Of a stretch of DNA of 64,000 bases, positions 63,118 to 64,000 are shown one piece after another. A program made the translations under genes and the position numbers. A model generated the notes under the pieces. The model was not told the DNA's origin and made no database searches. It was given only the letters and a program-made list of their open reading frames with translations. This DNA comes from an uncultured delta proteobacterium (lineage in GTDB: Bacteria > Myxococcota_A > Polyangia > Fen-1088), in NCBI GenBank assembly GCA_963767925.1, contig CAVYGB010000002.1, positions 1,696,001-1,760,000 on the forward strand, in the 5' to 3' direction. The first letter of the stretch is position 1. Each line of letters opens with the position of its first letter.

Positions 63118-64000
63118 GTGAGGCGGCGGGCGGCGGGCGTTGTGGCGGGCGCGGTGGTGGTGGCCGTCGCGGTGGGGCTCGTGGTGCTGGTGGGGGGCGT
63201 TTACTGGCGAGGACAGCCTGGGCGGGAGCGGCGGTCGCTGTTCGAGCCGTTGACGGCGGTCCGGGCGCGGCCGCTCGCCGCCCGGTTCACCGTGGGCGCC
63301 GCCGATCGGTATCGGCCGTTCGAGGTCAGCGTGGCGCGATCCGTGCCTTTGTCGGCGCGGGCGCTGGCCCGGCTGGAGGTGCGCGGGGATCGGCAGGCGG
63401 TGGCGGCGGCGTTTGCGCTGGCGGGTGAGGGGGAGGAGGCGCTCCGCCGGCTGCGGGCGTTGCCGCCGGGGCCCGAGGTGGAGAGCGACAGGGGCGCGCT
63501 GATGCTGGCCGGGGAGGGCGGGGCGGCGGAGGCGCTCGACCACCTCGACCGGGCGCTGGCCGCCCGGCCGCAGCTCCCGCAAGCGCTCTTCAACCGCGGG
63601 CTGGCCCTGCGCGCGCTGGGCCTGCCCCTCGGCGCCGCCCGCAGCTTCCGGGCGGTGGCCGCGCTCGGCGAGGCCGGATGGGCCGAGGAGGCCCGCCGCG
63701 CCGCCGTCGCAGCGACCACGGAGATGGAGGCCCTGGCCCTTCGCTGGCAGAAGGTGCAGGCCGCGCGCGCCGAGGACAGGCGCGACAGCGCACTCCTTCT
63801 GGCGCTACCGAATGCCAGCTCTCGAGTCGGAACTCCGGAGCCGGGCGGCACAGCGGCAGCAGCCGGAAGGGCCGCGGGACCGGGGGCCAGCGATCGGAAC
63901 GACACGTGGGCCAGAGTCAGCCGCGGACGCGACGAGACGGGGGCTCGGAACGACTCCGGGGGCGGCGGGAACGGGAGCGGCCGGGAGCGCGGGGCGGCCG
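63118..64000 (+). CDS. TM plus TPR-like protein paralogous to the upstream gene; continues beyond the window
   Basis: Not in the ORF track. Manual translation from GTG 63118 is open to the window end: ARFTVGAADRYRPF, LDRALAARPQLPQALFNRGLALRALGL and GEAGWAEEA. Confidence 0.75.
   Translation, partial: MRRRAAGVVAGAVVVAVAVGLVVLVGGVYWRGQPGRERRSLFEPLTAVRARPLAARFTVGAADRYRPFEVSVARSVPLSARALARLEVRGDRQAVAAAFALAGEGEEALRRLRALPPGPEVESDRGALMLAGEGGAAEALDHLDRALAARPQLPQALFNRGLALRALGLPLGAARSFRAVAALGEAGWAEEARRAAVAATTEMEALALRWQKVQAARAEDRRDSALLLALPNASSRVGTPEPGGTAAAAGRAAGPGASDRNDTWARVSRGRDETGARNDSGGGGNGSGRERGAA

Overview
A very GC-rich bacterial chromosomal segment. A MYXO-CTERM protein, an MXAN_5808-type S41 peptidase, two DUF1592/DUF1552 pairs and the 16S sequence point to Myxococcota, probably Polyangia; this assignment is inference. 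The window holds a complete rRNA operon (16S, tRNA-Ile, tRNA-Ala, 23S, 5S, terminator) and housekeeping genes (hslV, pcrA/uvrD, rsmI, hemD, hemB, tyrS, mobA, PIN-PhoH). It also holds a sigma54 two-component pair, a Ser/Thr kinase, several secreted proteins or lipoproteins, an IS5 remnant beside a four-helix-bundle gene with a long 3' hairpin, and an ECF sigma/zf-HC2-TPR/TPR module at the right edge. The most notable observation is a gene with all motifs of a eukaryotic type I protein arginine methyltransferase (double-E loop, THW loop, dimerisation arm), lying directly upstream of and co-oriented with hslV. Other observations: a repeated leaderless-gene signature (-10 hexamer 6-11 nt before start codons lacking a Shine-Dalgarno), a boxC/REP-like inverted-repeat family with a 68-bp internal array, several VNTRs and strand-skewed G-rich tracts. 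About 8 single-base indels at 20.2-23.7 kb are probably assembly errors. All calls come from motif recognition by eye; no database searches were run.
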